A stretch of DNA of 55,177 bases from a virus (IMGVR_UViG_3300034101_000800:1-55177); one strand, 5' to 3'. Positions 17,500 to 27,542 are shown, counted from the first letter of the stretch. Notes: a model not told the origin generated them from the sequence alone. Translations and numbers: made by a program.

Positions 17500-18723
17500 T
17501 CAACTTACAAGTTTTGGTTCAAACTCTTTAGCAGATACTTCTGCCTTTGTAGGCACTTGCAGGTCTAGAACGCCCACAAGACTACGGCATAGTGCAAGAA
17601 CTCCAACATACGGATCGACTCCGGCACTTGGTCTACGATCTTCAAAATAAACATGATCGGTGGAGTCGCCCATCAGAGGTATTGTTGGTACGCAGATGGA
17701 AGCAGTTTTGTCTCCAAATCCCCAACTGAATTTGTTGTAGTCACTAATACCCCCTGTCTTCCCCACTAGGCGTGCTTCGTTGCCGGATCCATATGCTGCA
17801 ATATGCTCACGGTGATCTTGCCCTAAGGTTTCACAAATAGATTTGGCAAGACTAGCATTTCCACCGCTGCTTGTGTAATTTTCCAAGTACAACCGGAAAA
17901 TACAACCACTACCGTTCCATTCAGTTCCCGGAAAACTTTTTGGAGTGTAACTCACAACACACCTCGGAGATGTCTCTTCTTCAGCAACAGACTCGCAGAG
18001 GTATCGAGAAATGATAAGATCATCACACGCAGTCATAATATCGTTTTCTTGAACACTATAAGTCCATTGTGATAGACAAATTGCAGGATTGTAAGATCTG
18101 ATATTGATTCCTCTGTAGTTCATTCGATCTACAATCGAACTCATAATTCTTCTACCACGAACAAAGTCACCAGTACCTCCGTAGTATCGTCCTTGAGGAC
18201 CAGGGAAAACAACTTGCTCTTCTCCCTTTTCATTCTTTCCTAGTGGCCAAGAATATGGCTGTCTAGTATCCGGGTCTATAAAAAGAATGTCCTGATCCAT
18301 TCCAATCTTTACAGTAGAGAGTTTAGAGTTCTTGAGTAAGAACTTTTTCAGATCTGCTCTGCTGTTAGAAGCGTGGGGAGTTCCATCTGCAGTTTGTACT
18401 TCACAGAGTACAATAGAACTAGTAGGAGATATGCTGTCGTTTCCAAACAACACATCTGATACAACTCTGACAGGAACTAGAAACAGATCTGAATTATCCG
18501 TGGACGCTTGCTTGCAAGCAGATCCATCAAACCGCTGTACCTTTGGTGTCTTGCCTACAGAATTAAATACGGCACTACGAATGCTCCCGTCACCACTCAG
18601 CCAAATATATGTCCACTCGACTGTTCGGGAATCAGAAACTTCACTAGACTTTTTTGATTTCACAGAAGTAACATCAGATAGCGCACTATTTACAGACTTT
18701 GATTCATTCTTTGCCATTATCAT
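17500..18723 (-). CDS. Glutamine synthetase type II-like protein with substituted active-site residues
   Basis: FDGS, PGPQGRYY, WNGSGC, YGSGNEARLVG, FSWG..DKTASICVP and YFEDRRPSAGVDPY. Confidence 0.85.
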   Translation of the reverse strand: MIMAKNESKSVNSALSDVTSVKSKKSSEVSDSRTVEWTYIWLSGDGSIRSAVFNSVGKTPKVQRFDGSACKQASTDNSDLFLVPVRVVSDVLFGNDSISPTSSIVLCEVQTADGTPHASNSRADLKKFLLKNSKLSTVKIGMDQDILFIDPDTRQPYSWPLGKNEKGEEQVVFPGPQGRYYGGTGDFVRGRRIMSSIVDRMNYRGINIRSYNPAICLSQWTYSVQENDIMTACDDLIISRYLCESVAEEETSPRCVVSYTPKSFPGTEWNGSGCIFRLYLENYTSSGGNASLAKSICETLGQDHREHIAAYGSGNEARLVGKTGGISDYNKFSWGFGDKTASICVPTIPLMGDSTDHVYFEDRRPSAGVDPYVGVLALCRSLVGVLDLQVPTKAEVSAKEFEPKLVS

Positions 18724-20351
18724 TCTCCTTTTGGCTTATAAAAAACATAAACAGGTTCATACTTCATGTAGTCTCCACCGACCTTACAATAGTTCTTACA
18801 CTTGGGCAATCCTGTCTCTTCGTCAAGACGATTCTGCCCAGGCATAGATTCCATCGCCATTTTCACTTTGTATTTATACACTAATCCAAACTCCTCAAGG
18901 AATCTTTTTGAATCTTCTTCAAGAGGCAGATAATCTCCACCAACCTGAATGTCTGCAATGTTCCATAGCAAGTATCGATCAGGCTTTAAGAACTCTGCAC
19001 AGGTCTTTAGCGTGGGACGCAAGAAGCCATCTCTCCAACTTTCGTAAGATGAACCATACTTCTTGTACGATTGATTCTCGTCCTTTGAGTAGGCTTCTCG
19101 GTTAAAATACGGAGGACTAGTAAAGATCATATCAATCTTTCCCCGGTACTTCTTAAATCGAGGATTGTTGCCAATCTCTTCGGAACCTAGTCTGTAGATT
19201 TCATATGTGTTGGTTTCGCTGAAGAAAGGATTGCCTCTATATGTCTTGGTGTTATAGAAATCTGCAACATCAGCATAGCGAGGCCGCTCTTCCCCTGTAT
19301 CGGTGTCAATGTAATAAAGTTCAGGGTTTGGATCAGTTCCAATGTAATGGATTTTACGATCATCGCGCACACTCATGGCGCCTAGAATGCGACCACCCCA
19401 TCCTGATGATGGATCGTAGATCACAATAGGATCTTTCTGCCCCTTGACATGTTCGGTAAATCGCTCGTACAAATACTTGGCAGTCATTGGAGGAAAGTTG
19501 TGGGCAACCTGAATGTATCCAATACGGAAAGCGGCGAATCCCTTTGGGAATACCCTCTCACCCTTCTTGTAAATACGGATGGTATACACCCGATCATCCG
19601 GCATAGAGTTCACATCAAAGGTAGAGAAGTGCCTGTATTGCAGCACTCCTTCATCTTTGAGTTGTTGCACTTGTTCTCGTGTTAGATTCAGAATGTCTGA
19701 CTGATTAAGTTGGAAATATCCCGTGTTGTTGCCTTCACGAACCTTCACCTGTTCAAGCATGAAGTCGTATCCCTTGAAGATTTCCTTGTTGGTTTGAAAT
19801 GCTTTGATCCACGACAAAGCATCAGGTACAGACACAAGAGCAGGCTTAGCATTATTACGCAAGCAAGACAAGGCATGCATATACAGCGAGTCTCTACGGA
19901 AGTGACGCATTGATCCCTTCACCATGCGATCAAGAAATCGATCTTCAGCAAACAGTTCATAAATGGAGTACCCATCGTCTTTCTCGCTGTAGTTGATACG
20001 AGTCTTCATCATGGTGGGAAACCATTGATCTACTTCGGAACCAAGTCTAGCCTTGTTTAAGATTACATCTTTGCCAATGTTTTCCAGTTCATCGTCAAAT
20101 TCAAAAGACTTCACAGGATACTCAGCCATCTTGTTCCACTCTTCAATGATATCCTCTTCGACCTTTCCAATGCGAGGAGGGCATCCCATGTTGTCCCAAA
20201 TATCAACAACAGCCTTACGCATGTCGATGACCCATTTGCGGAAGTCATCTGCATCCATCTCCAGTAGTTCATCGAAGGTAACATTTACTGGATGGTTCAG
20301 AAGGTGAGTGTTCTTCTCAAAGAAGGTTTTATGTGCTTGTAGAGTTTCCAT
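18720..20351 (-). CDS. Putative DNA amino-methyltransferase (N4-C/N6-A type) with long N-terminal region
   Basis: SAM-binding YDPSSGWGGR, GTDPN and catalytic FTSPPYF. Confidence 0.8.
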   Translation of the reverse strand: METLQAHKTFFEKNTHLLNHPVNVTFDELLEMDADDFRKWVIDMRKAVVDIWDNMGCPPRIGKVEEDIIEEWNKMAEYPVKSFEFDDELENIGKDVILNKARLGSEVDQWFPTMMKTRINYSEKDDGYSIYELFAEDRFLDRMVKGSMRHFRRDSLYMHALSCLRNNAKPALVSVPDALSWIKAFQTNKEIFKGYDFMLEQVKVREGNNTGYFQLNQSDILNLTREQVQQLKDEGVLQYRHFSTFDVNSMPDDRVYTIRIYKKGERVFPKGFAAFRIGYIQVAHNFPPMTAKYLYERFTEHVKGQKDPIVIYDPSSGWGGRILGAMSVRDDRKIHYIGTDPNPELYYIDTDTGEERPRYADVADFYNTKTYRGNPFFSETNTYEIYRLGSEEIGNNPRFKKYRGKIDMIFTSPPYFNREAYSKDENQSYKKYGSSYESWRDGFLRPTLKTCAEFLKPDRYLLWNIADIQVGGDYLPLEEDSKRFLEEFGLVYKYKVKMAMESMPGQNRLDEETGLPKCKNYCKVGGDYMKYEPVYVFYKPKGE

Positions 20352-21235
20352 TATGATTCCATTCTTTTCTGTACTTCAGTTTCGCTTAGTCTACGCCCAA
20401 CCACCCAAAAGCAAGTACTCTTGTTTGTGTCGAGATTTTCTCGCATCCACTTGTGTGCCTTTGCTTCGTACAGATCGTCAAGGATTGTACCATCTGCAAT
20501 CTTTTCCACAAGAGGTTTTCCGTATACAGTATTTAGGCAATGTAACTCGTAGTCTGGCAGAGGATATCCTGCCATGGGATTCACCCATTTGTTGATGTTT
20601 TCTGTTCGCTTTGGACCAACACACAATCCAATTACCTTACCCACACTTAGACTGTACCGGTGAATGCCTCTGAGGATGGCAGCAAAGTGTACTCCACTTC
20701 CCACGGGCACCACCAACTGATCCAACTGATTCGGTAGATTAGCCACCTGATGCTCAATGCTATCGATGATTGCATCTTCTCTATTTTCTATATTGTGAGT
20801 AAAGACTCCATCGTATAGGTTTTCTGCTTTGGCAATCTCACGCATTCTAGCAAGTACAGGACCGTGCATTCCTGTTCCGCAAACATTGCGAACATCTGCA
20901 CCCAGCCACTTTGCGTATCGCATCATGTGATGATTGTCAATGGTTTCTGGCGAACTACCACCGATACAAATGACACAAGGAATCTCTAGATCCTTGCATA
21001 CTCTAGCAACAATGGCTCCTGTAGTGGAATGCACCTGTGTATGAGTCACTACTCCGCTTGTGCGTTCCTTCAAAATATCCCGCAAAGGATACAGCAAACG
21101 AATGGCTTGTCTTACCTTCCCTCCACTCACATCTCCAACCCCATAGGGGGTGTACATATCATCCCGCTTATACCACACGCCTTCAATAAACTGCACCGGG
21201 GTTCTAGTCAGAACATGGCTAGGAAATTCTTTCAT
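20351..21235 (-). CDS. PLP-dependent enzyme, ACC deaminase / D-cysteine desulfhydrase (fold type II) family
   Basis: TPV, KRDD, GGKVR (PLP lysine), VVPVGSG and LDDLYEAKA; ATGA overlap puts the start at 21235. Confidence 0.85.
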   Translation of the reverse strand: MKEFPSHVLTRTPVQFIEGVWYKRDDMYTPYGVGDVSGGKVRQAIRLLYPLRDILKERTSGVVTHTQVHSTTGAIVARVCKDLEIPCVICIGGSSPETIDNHHMMRYAKWLGADVRNVCGTGMHGPVLARMREIAKAENLYDGVFTHNIENREDAIIDSIEHQVANLPNQLDQLVVPVGSGVHFAAILRGIHRYSLSVGKVIGLCVGPKRTENINKWVNPMAGYPLPDYELHCLNTVYGKPLVEKIADGTILDDLYEAKAHKWMRENLDTNKSTCFWVVGRRLSETEVQKRMES

Positions 21236-21897
21236 AGCGGAAGAGTAGCCTTGGAATGATTGAATTTTGGATCGTAGAACTTCTCTTCCAGTTCGCATCC
21301 CCACCATCTGCGTCCAGTAGTACTGGCAGCAAGCAAAACAGGGGCAACTCCTGCGAATGGATCAACAACCAAATCTCCTGGCTTGGTAAGGTTCTCAATC
21401 ACATACTTACAGAAGTCTTGTGACCACACCGATTGATTCAGCACCTTCTCTTGCTGATCCACATAGATGTCGCGCAACCAGTCTCCCTTGCGATGAATCA
21501 CTCCGTGGCTTGTATACACAAGCATGTGTTGAAAAGTGAAGTAGTACATGTCACGCTTACCTACTTCATTCCGAACGACAACCTTGTAATCCTTGAGACT
21601 TAGGCCTTCGTTCTCTAGACATTGTGCATACCACATATGATTCGACAGAATGAATCCATTTACTCTGCGGTCAGTTTGACACACCACAACAAACCCCGTT
21701 GGTTTCACAATACGAGCAAACTCTCGCATTGCCTTCTGTTGAAACTGGCGATATGAGTCAGTCTCATCTTTTCCAAATGGAGTCTGAGATAGGTCTGGGC
21801 AGGAAGTGAATACTAGGTCTACCGATTCAGAGGCAATGTTAGGTAGATAATCAAAGGCATCTCCCAACACATACGAGTTCTCTTGAAAGTTTGTCAT
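21232..21897 (-). CDS. N4/N6 DNA methyltransferase-like protein (beta class) with atypical motif IV
   Basis: GDA...ESVDLVFTSCPD, TKPGDLVVDPFAG and GRRWWGCEL. Confidence 0.8.
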   Translation of the reverse strand: MTNFQENSYVLGDAFDYLPNIASESVDLVFTSCPDLSQTPFGKDETDSYRQFQQKAMREFARIVKPTGFVVVCQTDRRVNGFILSNHMWYAQCLENEGLSLKDYKVVVRNEVGKRDMYYFTFQHMLVYTSHGVIHRKGDWLRDIYVDQQEKVLNQSVWSQDFCKYVIENLTKPGDLVVDPFAGVAPVLLAASTTGRRWWGCELEEKFYDPKFNHSKATLPL

Positions 21898-23618
21898 GGT
21901 GTAATCCTGCTGAAATTGTTCTTCTTCTCAAACGACATGGTGTGTTCAAATTTGTCTACCAACTGATCTGCTTTGTGAGAAATCACAAACACATTTGATG
22001 TGTTACCAAAGGAATGCAGAATCTTCATAAACTCTTCAGTTCCTGCGGTGTCAAGCGACGAATCAAATACCTCATCCAAGATGAGCAGATTGGTGTTTGC
22101 GCTGTTCTTGATTCGTGCAATCTCTCGCCACGCCAGTAGCAAGGCCAAATCGATACGCATCTTTTCTCCCTCGCTGAAACTCATGTAAGAGAAGGCGTCG
22201 CGGTGCCGACTCTTGATAGTTTCGTTGAACTCTTCGTCAAGTGTGAAGTTTGCAAAGAAATCCATCGTATTCAAATACTTGTTGATGGTTTTGTTGATGA
22301 TTGGCAGATAGTAGCGAATGATCTTTGCCTTGATACCACTATCTTTCAGAAGAGTTGCCGCTACGCTGTAGTAGTGCATCTCTTCAACTAGGCTGTGCTT
22401 GGAGGCCTCGTTCTTGTTCAAGTCTCCCTGAAAATCAATCAATCGTTTCTGATGATCGGTGTCTTCTGTTTCTTTGCTTTGAATCGCCTTGTTCTCTTTA
22501 CTGAGTTTGCCGATATAAGAGTTGCACGCCGTGATGGTGCTATTAGCCTCCATCGTCTGCGTGTTCAGAGATTCCAGTTCATTGGACACCTCTTCATACT
22601 CTTCGATTTGATTTCGCTTGGTTTCAATCTCGGTGACAATGGCATCAACTGCTTCGTTCAATTCACCTTGCTTGCTCTTCTTCTTACATAGCAACCCGTG
22701 AATGGGTTGACTTGCCTTATCGATAGACTGCTGACAAGTTGGGCACACTTCGTTGTTGTCAAAGAATGACAACTCTTCTCCAACCTTTTTACGATTGGAT
22801 TCCAGTTGCTTCTGCAAGATTTCCATCTTGCTGATCTGCTTCAACAAGGTAACCTTGCCTTGCAGTTTGACTTTCACCTGTTGAATCTGCTCGGTTAGAG
22901 CAGAAAGTTCTGCTTGCTTTTCTTCAATCAAGGATTCAGAGCGAGCGATCTCTTTCAGATTTCCCTGCACCTGCTCATCGGTCTTGCTTTTCAGTCCTGC
23001 GATTAGGTCTTTCTGAGCGCGGATAGACTCGCGCAGAATTTCAATCTTGCGTTCATTATCTGCAATCTCTTCCTTGAGGGTAGACATCTTTGCCTTGAGG
23101 ATTGTGTTCATGGTTGAGAACACATTGATATCAAGAATATCTTCAATCACCGCCCGGCGATCTGCAGCAGGCAACTGCATAAACGGAACAAACGAAGAAC
23201 TACCAAGTATAACCACCTGTGTAAATGACTTGTAGTTCATCTTCAGAATCTGCTCTTCAAGCATTTTCTGATAGTCCTTTGTGGTGGCGTGCTGATCCAA
23301 CAGATTGCCATTCTTCCACACTTCAAAGCGATTAGGTTTGATGCCTCGAACTACCTTGTAGGAATCGGTAGCAATACCGAACTCCACCTCTACCAAGCAA
23401 TCCTTTTCGTTTACACTATTCACCAACTGAGGAAGATTGATCTTTCTGAATGGCTTCCCGAACAACCCAAAGGTGATAGAATCAAGCAAAGCAAATGACT
23501 TACCGTGCCCATTACTACCCGACACAAGAACCATCTTGGCCTTGTTCAGTTGAATTTCGGTGAAGTTGTTCCCAAACGATCCAAAGTTTTTGAACCGAAC
23601 CCTTGTGAAGTTAATCAT
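21894..23618 (-). CDS. gp46: Recombination endonuclease ATPase subunit (Rad50/SbcC-like)
   Basis: FKNFGSFGN, GSNGHGKS, CPTC hook, FSEGEKMRID, LDEVFDSSLD and ISH. Confidence 0.97.
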   Translation of the reverse strand: MINFTRVRFKNFGSFGNNFTEIQLNKAKMVLVSGSNGHGKSFALLDSITFGLFGKPFRKINLPQLVNSVNEKDCLVEVEFGIATDSYKVVRGIKPNRFEVWKNGNLLDQHATTKDYQKMLEEQILKMNYKSFTQVVILGSSSFVPFMQLPAADRRAVIEDILDINVFSTMNTILKAKMSTLKEEIADNERKIEILRESIRAQKDLIAGLKSKTDEQVQGNLKEIARSESLIEEKQAELSALTEQIQQVKVKLQGKVTLLKQISKMEILQKQLESNRKKVGEELSFFDNNEVCPTCQQSIDKASQPIHGLLCKKKSKQGELNEAVDAIVTEIETKRNQIEEYEEVSNELESLNTQTMEANSTITACNSYIGKLSKENKAIQSKETEDTDHQKRLIDFQGDLNKNEASKHSLVEEMHYYSVAATLLKDSGIKAKIIRYYLPIINKTINKYLNTMDFFANFTLDEEFNETIKSRHRDAFSYMSFSEGEKMRIDLALLLAWREIARIKNSANTNLLILDEVFDSSLDTAGTEEFMKILHSFGNTSNVFVISHKADQLVDKFEHTMSFEKKNNFSRITP

Positions 23619-24673
23619 AGAGACAGACTCTCCATGTACAAATCGCGCACAATGCGCTTCAGCATAGGCTTGTCGTGTACTTCTTCCATACCATCAATCT
23701 CTTTGTTGATTAGACCAAGCGTGTCTAGTGCCATATCTGCTGCGGGTTCACCTGTACTGGTATCAGGATTCTGTTCTACAACGGTGACGCCCATGGCAGG
23801 AGCGGTATAGATTCCATCCAAGAACTTGTCAAACATATACGGCTTGGTCTTCGAGTCCACAAAGACCTTGACAAAGGTGTTTGCGTACCGCGAGAAGTCT
23901 GCGTTCTCTAGAACTTTACTGTAGTCATGCCGAGAATCATCGTAGCGAATAGCATGAAACATTCTGTTGGGATTTTCGATGAACTCCAGTTGCCTGGTTT
24001 CTGTATCAAGTACATGGAATCCCTTACGGTCTTCCAAGTCGCTGAAGGTGATCTGATACTGTGTACCCAAATACTGCACATTCCCACCACCGTGCTTGTG
24101 GTGAAAGTGTCCCGACAGAACCATCTCGTAACGCGCAAGCAGATTGGCAGGCATACCACCATCGTGCTTTACGCCACGCATCACCTGATAGCCTTCCAGT
24201 TCAAAATGTCCACAGATCACAGGACACTTGCTCTTCTTGATGAAGCGCAGGAAGTCTTCGTGGTTATTCTTATTGATCCACGGAACCATCGCCACACGCA
24301 GAGAGCCAAACTGCAACTCAACTGGTTCTTCGTAAATAATGAAGTTGGTATAGCGTTCTCCAAACAATTCCTTTGGAGAGTTCACTAGGTTGGTGTTTTT
24401 GTAATACACATCGTGATTGCCAAGAATGCAATGCACGGTCATACCGCGCTGCAAAAGCGGTTCCATGAATCGGGTTCGCACTTGATTTAGCGTTTGAAAG
24501 TTAACAAACTTGCGACGATCCAGTAGATCACCTAGATGTAACACGGTGTCTATGCCGTGCTTGTCGCAGTAAGGAAAGAATACATCATCAAAGAACTTGA
24601 AGAAGTACTCACCAAATACTGGCGAATCAGATCTGGCGCCAAAGTGTGTGTCGTTGATAATGGCTAGTTTCAT
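23615..24673 (-). CDS. gp47: Recombination endonuclease nuclease subunit (Mre11/SbcD-like)
   Basis: DTHFG, LGDLLD, GNHD, GHFE and SGHFH. Confidence 0.97.
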   Translation of the reverse strand: MKLAIINDTHFGARSDSPVFGEYFFKFFDDVFFPYCDKHGIDTVLHLGDLLDRRKFVNFQTLNQVRTRFMEPLLQRGMTVHCILGNHDVYYKNTNLVNSPKELFGERYTNFIIYEEPVELQFGSLRVAMVPWINKNNHEDFLRFIKKSKCPVICGHFELEGYQVMRGVKHDGGMPANLLARYEMVLSGHFHHKHGGGNVQYLGTQYQITFSDLEDRKGFHVLDTETRQLEFIENPNRMFHAIRYDDSRHDYSKVLENADFSRYANTFVKVFVDSKTKPYMFDKFLDGIYTAPAMGVTVVEQNPDTSTGEPAADMALDTLGLINKEIDGMEEVHDKPMLKRIVRDLYMESLSL

Positions 24674-24693
24674 CGTGAATTACTTTACAACCA

Positions 24694-24721
24694 AGTATAC
24701 ACTCGGTTCACACATCGTCAA
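24694..24721 (-). promoter_or_regulatory. sigma70-like promoter TTGACG-N16-TATACT upstream of gp47
   Basis: Read on the reverse complement; 16-nt spacer. Confidence 0.7.
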
Positions 24722-25343
24722 GTCGATTGCGTCTTGTCTTCTTGCTTTTCTTGCCTTTTCTTTTAGTGCTGTCTGCGTTAGAAAATTTGGCTAAATCAGT
24801 TGGTGATAGATGAAAGAACTCAGCAACAGGATCTTCTGCGTTACCCTCTGAAGAATCTAACAGATTGCGGCGTATTTTGCCTGTCTTGTCTGCCGCTTCT
24901 AGCATCTTGTATCTGATGTACATTTGCTTTTTCTCTTTGGCAATTCTGCGTAGAAAGGCAAAGTAGATGATCTGAGTGAAGTACGAGAATGGATTCTTAG
25001 ACTTGCTTGGATCGAAGTTGCTGGCATACATCAAGCAGTTCTCAATACCGTCACCGATCATCTCTTCTCGGTACGGATAATTGATGAAGTTAGGCCTGTA
25101 CGACAGATGCGTGGCAATGTCTAGAAAGCATTTCCCGATATAGTCGGTAACTGGTGGGGTCTTTCTGTCTGCTGCACGCTCAGCAACAACAACCTCTTTC
25201 CACTTCACCATCTCTGCGTAGAAAACCTTGTTGTCTATGTAATGCCCAGACTGTGTTTCTTCTTCGATGTCTTTCTTTATCTCTGATACATCTATCTCTA
25301 CTTCATCTTCGGAAGTCTGTGTTTTTGATTTGCGCTTCTTCAT
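24708..25343 (-). CDS. gp55: Late-transcription sigma factor
   Basis: HYIDNK, YIGKCFLDIATHLSYRPNFINY and NPFSYFTQIIYFAFLRRI. Confidence 0.96.
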   Translation of the reverse strand: MKKRKSKTQTSEDEVEIDVSEIKKDIEEETQSGHYIDNKVFYAEMVKWKEVVVAERAADRKTPPVTDYIGKCFLDIATHLSYRPNFINYPYREEMIGDGIENCLMYASNFDPSKSKNPFSYFTQIIYFAFLRRIAKEKKQMYIRYKMLEAADKTGKIRRNLLDSSEGNAEDPVAEFFHLSPTDLAKFSNADSTKRKGKKSKKTRRNRLDDV

Positions 25344-25363
25344 AAGTCTCCATTTCGATTACA

Positions 25364-25391
25364 ACTATATCACAGTTTCACAATGGCGCTA
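25364..25391 (-). promoter_or_regulatory. Putative promoter TAGCGC-N16-TATAGT (extended -10 TG) upstream of gp55
   Basis: Intergenic; same 16-nt geometry; weak -35. Confidence 0.45.
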
Positions 25392-25478
25392 GTCGCTTAG
25401 AAAAACTCTTGGATTTTCTCTGAGGCATTGACTGCACCTATACTACATAAAAGTGAAGATTTCACGGTCCATAGTATA

Positions 25479-26027
25479 CTAAAAGTAATCACGGGGATCA
25501 GGCGACCAATCATTCGGTCTGTTACCGTAATCCTTATCAGAACCACCGTTCTTATCTTCGTCGGGTAATTGCTCAGGTTCGGAAGCCTCTATTTCTTCCA
25601 TACGCTCGCTTTCGATGCGACCTTCTTCAATCATCTCTGGCGTAACTTCTCCGCTCTTGATTTGTTCAAGCAGTTCTTCCATGAACGAGGCTCCTGCTTC
25701 CAGTTCAGCCTGTTCTGTTGCATTCAACTTAAAAATGCCACCATTCTTCAACACCATGAGATAATGAGCAACTGCTTTGTCGCTTGGGGGCATGCAATCC
25801 AATATATGTGCTTTGGGCAAAGAGATCACATTATCCTTTGTCCAGTTGATCCACTTCTTCATCAGTATGCGTTCGTCCCTAGGTACTCCATTTTGGTCAA
25901 TGAGGGTAAGAGTCTCTAAAGTGAATGGATTTTCTAGTACCATGCGAGTCTTGGTGACATCACGCACGGTTGCAATGATATCGTCGCCAGTCTTTAGTTT
26001 GATTATGGTTGGATCGCTGAATTCCAT
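25479..26027 (-). CDS. Hypothetical protein (Sm-like N-domain, acidic tail)
   Basis: IIKLKTGDDIIA..LENP..W pattern of the gene usually found between uvsW and gp55. Confidence 0.7.
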   Translation of the reverse strand: MEFSDPTIIKLKTGDDIIATVRDVTKTRMVLENPFTLETLTLIDQNGVPRDERILMKKWINWTKDNVISLPKAHILDCMPPSDKAVAHYLMVLKNGGIFKLNATEQAELEAGASFMEELLEQIKSGEVTPEMIEEGRIESERMEEIEASEPEQLPDEDKNGGSDKDYGNRPNDWSPDPRDYF

Positions 26028-26035
26028 TGCGCCTC

Positions 26036-27529
26036 CTATAGTTTGATTGTAACTGTGCTGTAATCAAACTTCTCAGTTGCGTAGATTTTCATACGCTCTA
26101 AGAAGTGATTCAAGGTGAAGTTCACCTTAGATTTCCACCGCAGATCATCTGCAACATCATATAGTCTTGCCTTTTCTTTATGCTCAGATTTGCGAAGTTG
26201 ACGACCGATACTTTGAAGCACCCTGATCCTGCTTTTGGATGGGGATGCGAACACAATATTATGTAGTCTGCGGATAGAGACTCCCGTACTGAATGTACCG
26301 TAAGATGCTACTATTATGGCATTGTCTTTGGTTTCAGCGATGGTACGCACATACTCGCGTTGTTCTACATCTGTTCCACCAAACACAAAAAACACTTCTT
26401 TTCCAAGCGTTTTGCCTTGTGCAAGAATCATATCGTACAGGGGTTTCCCGTGCTTTTCCACATACTGAAACAGGACTAGTGTGTTACCTTTAGTGTTGCA
26501 CGCCAGGTCTGTGATAAACTTGTTGCGCTTGGGGTGTGAAACCAAGAAGTCAATTTCCTCCTGATAACGTAAGGCTTTTACCGCTTTACAATCTTCGTCG
26601 GAGTACTTCAGCGTGATGCAATCGATGGTAAAATCGCTTAGTAGTTTCTGCTTGATGAGTTCTGTGGTGCTTGTGACCTTGTGAACAGCACCAAAGAGTC
26701 CTTCGATAATAAGGCGATGTGTTTGAGTACCGTCAAGCGTCCCGGTTGTTCCTATTCTGAACTCACAGTCGATTAAGCGCGACATTATGGTTGACAGCGA
26801 TTTCGCTTTGTACAGGTGGCACTCGTCACCAAACACCGAACCAAACTGCTGAAACCACTTCACAGGTTGTTTGTAGATGCTCTGCCATGTAGTGATAACC
26901 ACTTGTTTTTCTGTTGTTTTGCTCTGCCCTGCAAAAATCTTGTGAATATGCTTCTGTGCTTTCCAAGACTTATCTTCAGATGAGTAGTCGATGAAATCGT
27001 TCTCCATTTGTGCCACAAGTGATGTGGTAGGAACAACAACGAGAACTTTTCGCTTATCTTCTTCCAAACGTCTACGCATCAGCGTGTAAATGATGAGACT
27101 TTTACCTGAGCCGGTAGGAGAAAGAAGCAGACATCTTTCACGATTTAATGCATGGCATACAGCATCCAACTGGTGTGGATGCGGATCAATAGGTTTGCCT
27201 GCTGCTACTAATTTCAGGGTTTTCATGTACTTACGGACATCCTCGTGTGTCCATGCGTCTTGCGTTTCAGGAAACGAAACACCTACCCAGTAGTTGCGTT
27301 CAGTTGCAAAAGACTTCACATAGTCAAGCAGGCCACAGTACAGTTCCTGCGAATTCTGATTGTATAGTCTGATTTTGCCGTCCCACATTCTGCTGCGATA
27401 CGCAGGCATGAATTGGAATCCAGGCACCTTGAATGTAAAGAAATCTGAAAGTTCTTGTGCAACGCTCTTGCTGCCACAGTCTACTTTCAAGTACACAGAG
27501 TTCTTTTTGCTGACAATGATACTCTCCAT
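26036..27529 (-). CDS. uvsW: UvsW SF2 helicase
   Basis: WDGKIRL, SPTGSGKS, DECH, GTTGT and QSIGRQLR; start 27529 chosen because it follows a late promoter (track start 27550). Confidence 0.96.
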   Translation of the reverse strand: MESIIVSKKNSVYLKVDCGSKSVAQELSDFFTFKVPGFQFMPAYRSRMWDGKIRLYNQNSQELYCGLLDYVKSFATERNYWVGVSFPETQDAWTHEDVRKYMKTLKLVAAGKPIDPHPHQLDAVCHALNRERCLLLSPTGSGKSLIIYTLMRRRLEEDKRKVLVVVPTTSLVAQMENDFIDYSSEDKSWKAQKHIHKIFAGQSKTTEKQVVITTWQSIYKQPVKWFQQFGSVFGDECHLYKAKSLSTIMSRLIDCEFRIGTTGTLDGTQTHRLIIEGLFGAVHKVTSTTELIKQKLLSDFTIDCITLKYSDEDCKAVKALRYQEEIDFLVSHPKRNKFITDLACNTKGNTLVLFQYVEKHGKPLYDMILAQGKTLGKEVFFVFGGTDVEQREYVRTIAETKDNAIIVASYGTFSTGVSIRRLHNIVFASPSKSRIRVLQSIGRQLRKSEHKEKARLYDVADDLRWKSKVNFTLNHFLERMKIYATEKFDYSTVTIKL

Positions 27530-27534
27530 GTTGG

Positions 27535-27542
27535 TATTTATG
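27535..27542 (-). promoter_or_regulatory. T4-type late promoter CATAAATA upstream of uvsW
   Basis: Matches the NATAAATA gp55 consensus; 5 nt before the ATG. Confidence 0.55.

Noticed and set aside
17500-18723. Calling this gene a functional glnA/glnII auxiliary metabolic gene
   Set aside because: Several catalytic Glu/His/Arg residues are substituted; reported as GS-like only.
21236-21307. Extended N-terminus of the PLP enzyme given by the ORF track
   Set aside because: It overlaps the upstream MTase by 76 nt; the ATGA-coupled start at 21235 is more plausible.
25344-25478. Intergenic gap with plus-strand TTGACT and TATACT; possible ncRNA or antisense promoter
   Set aside because: The hexamers are only 5 nt apart, and I see no convincing hairpin or tRNA fold.
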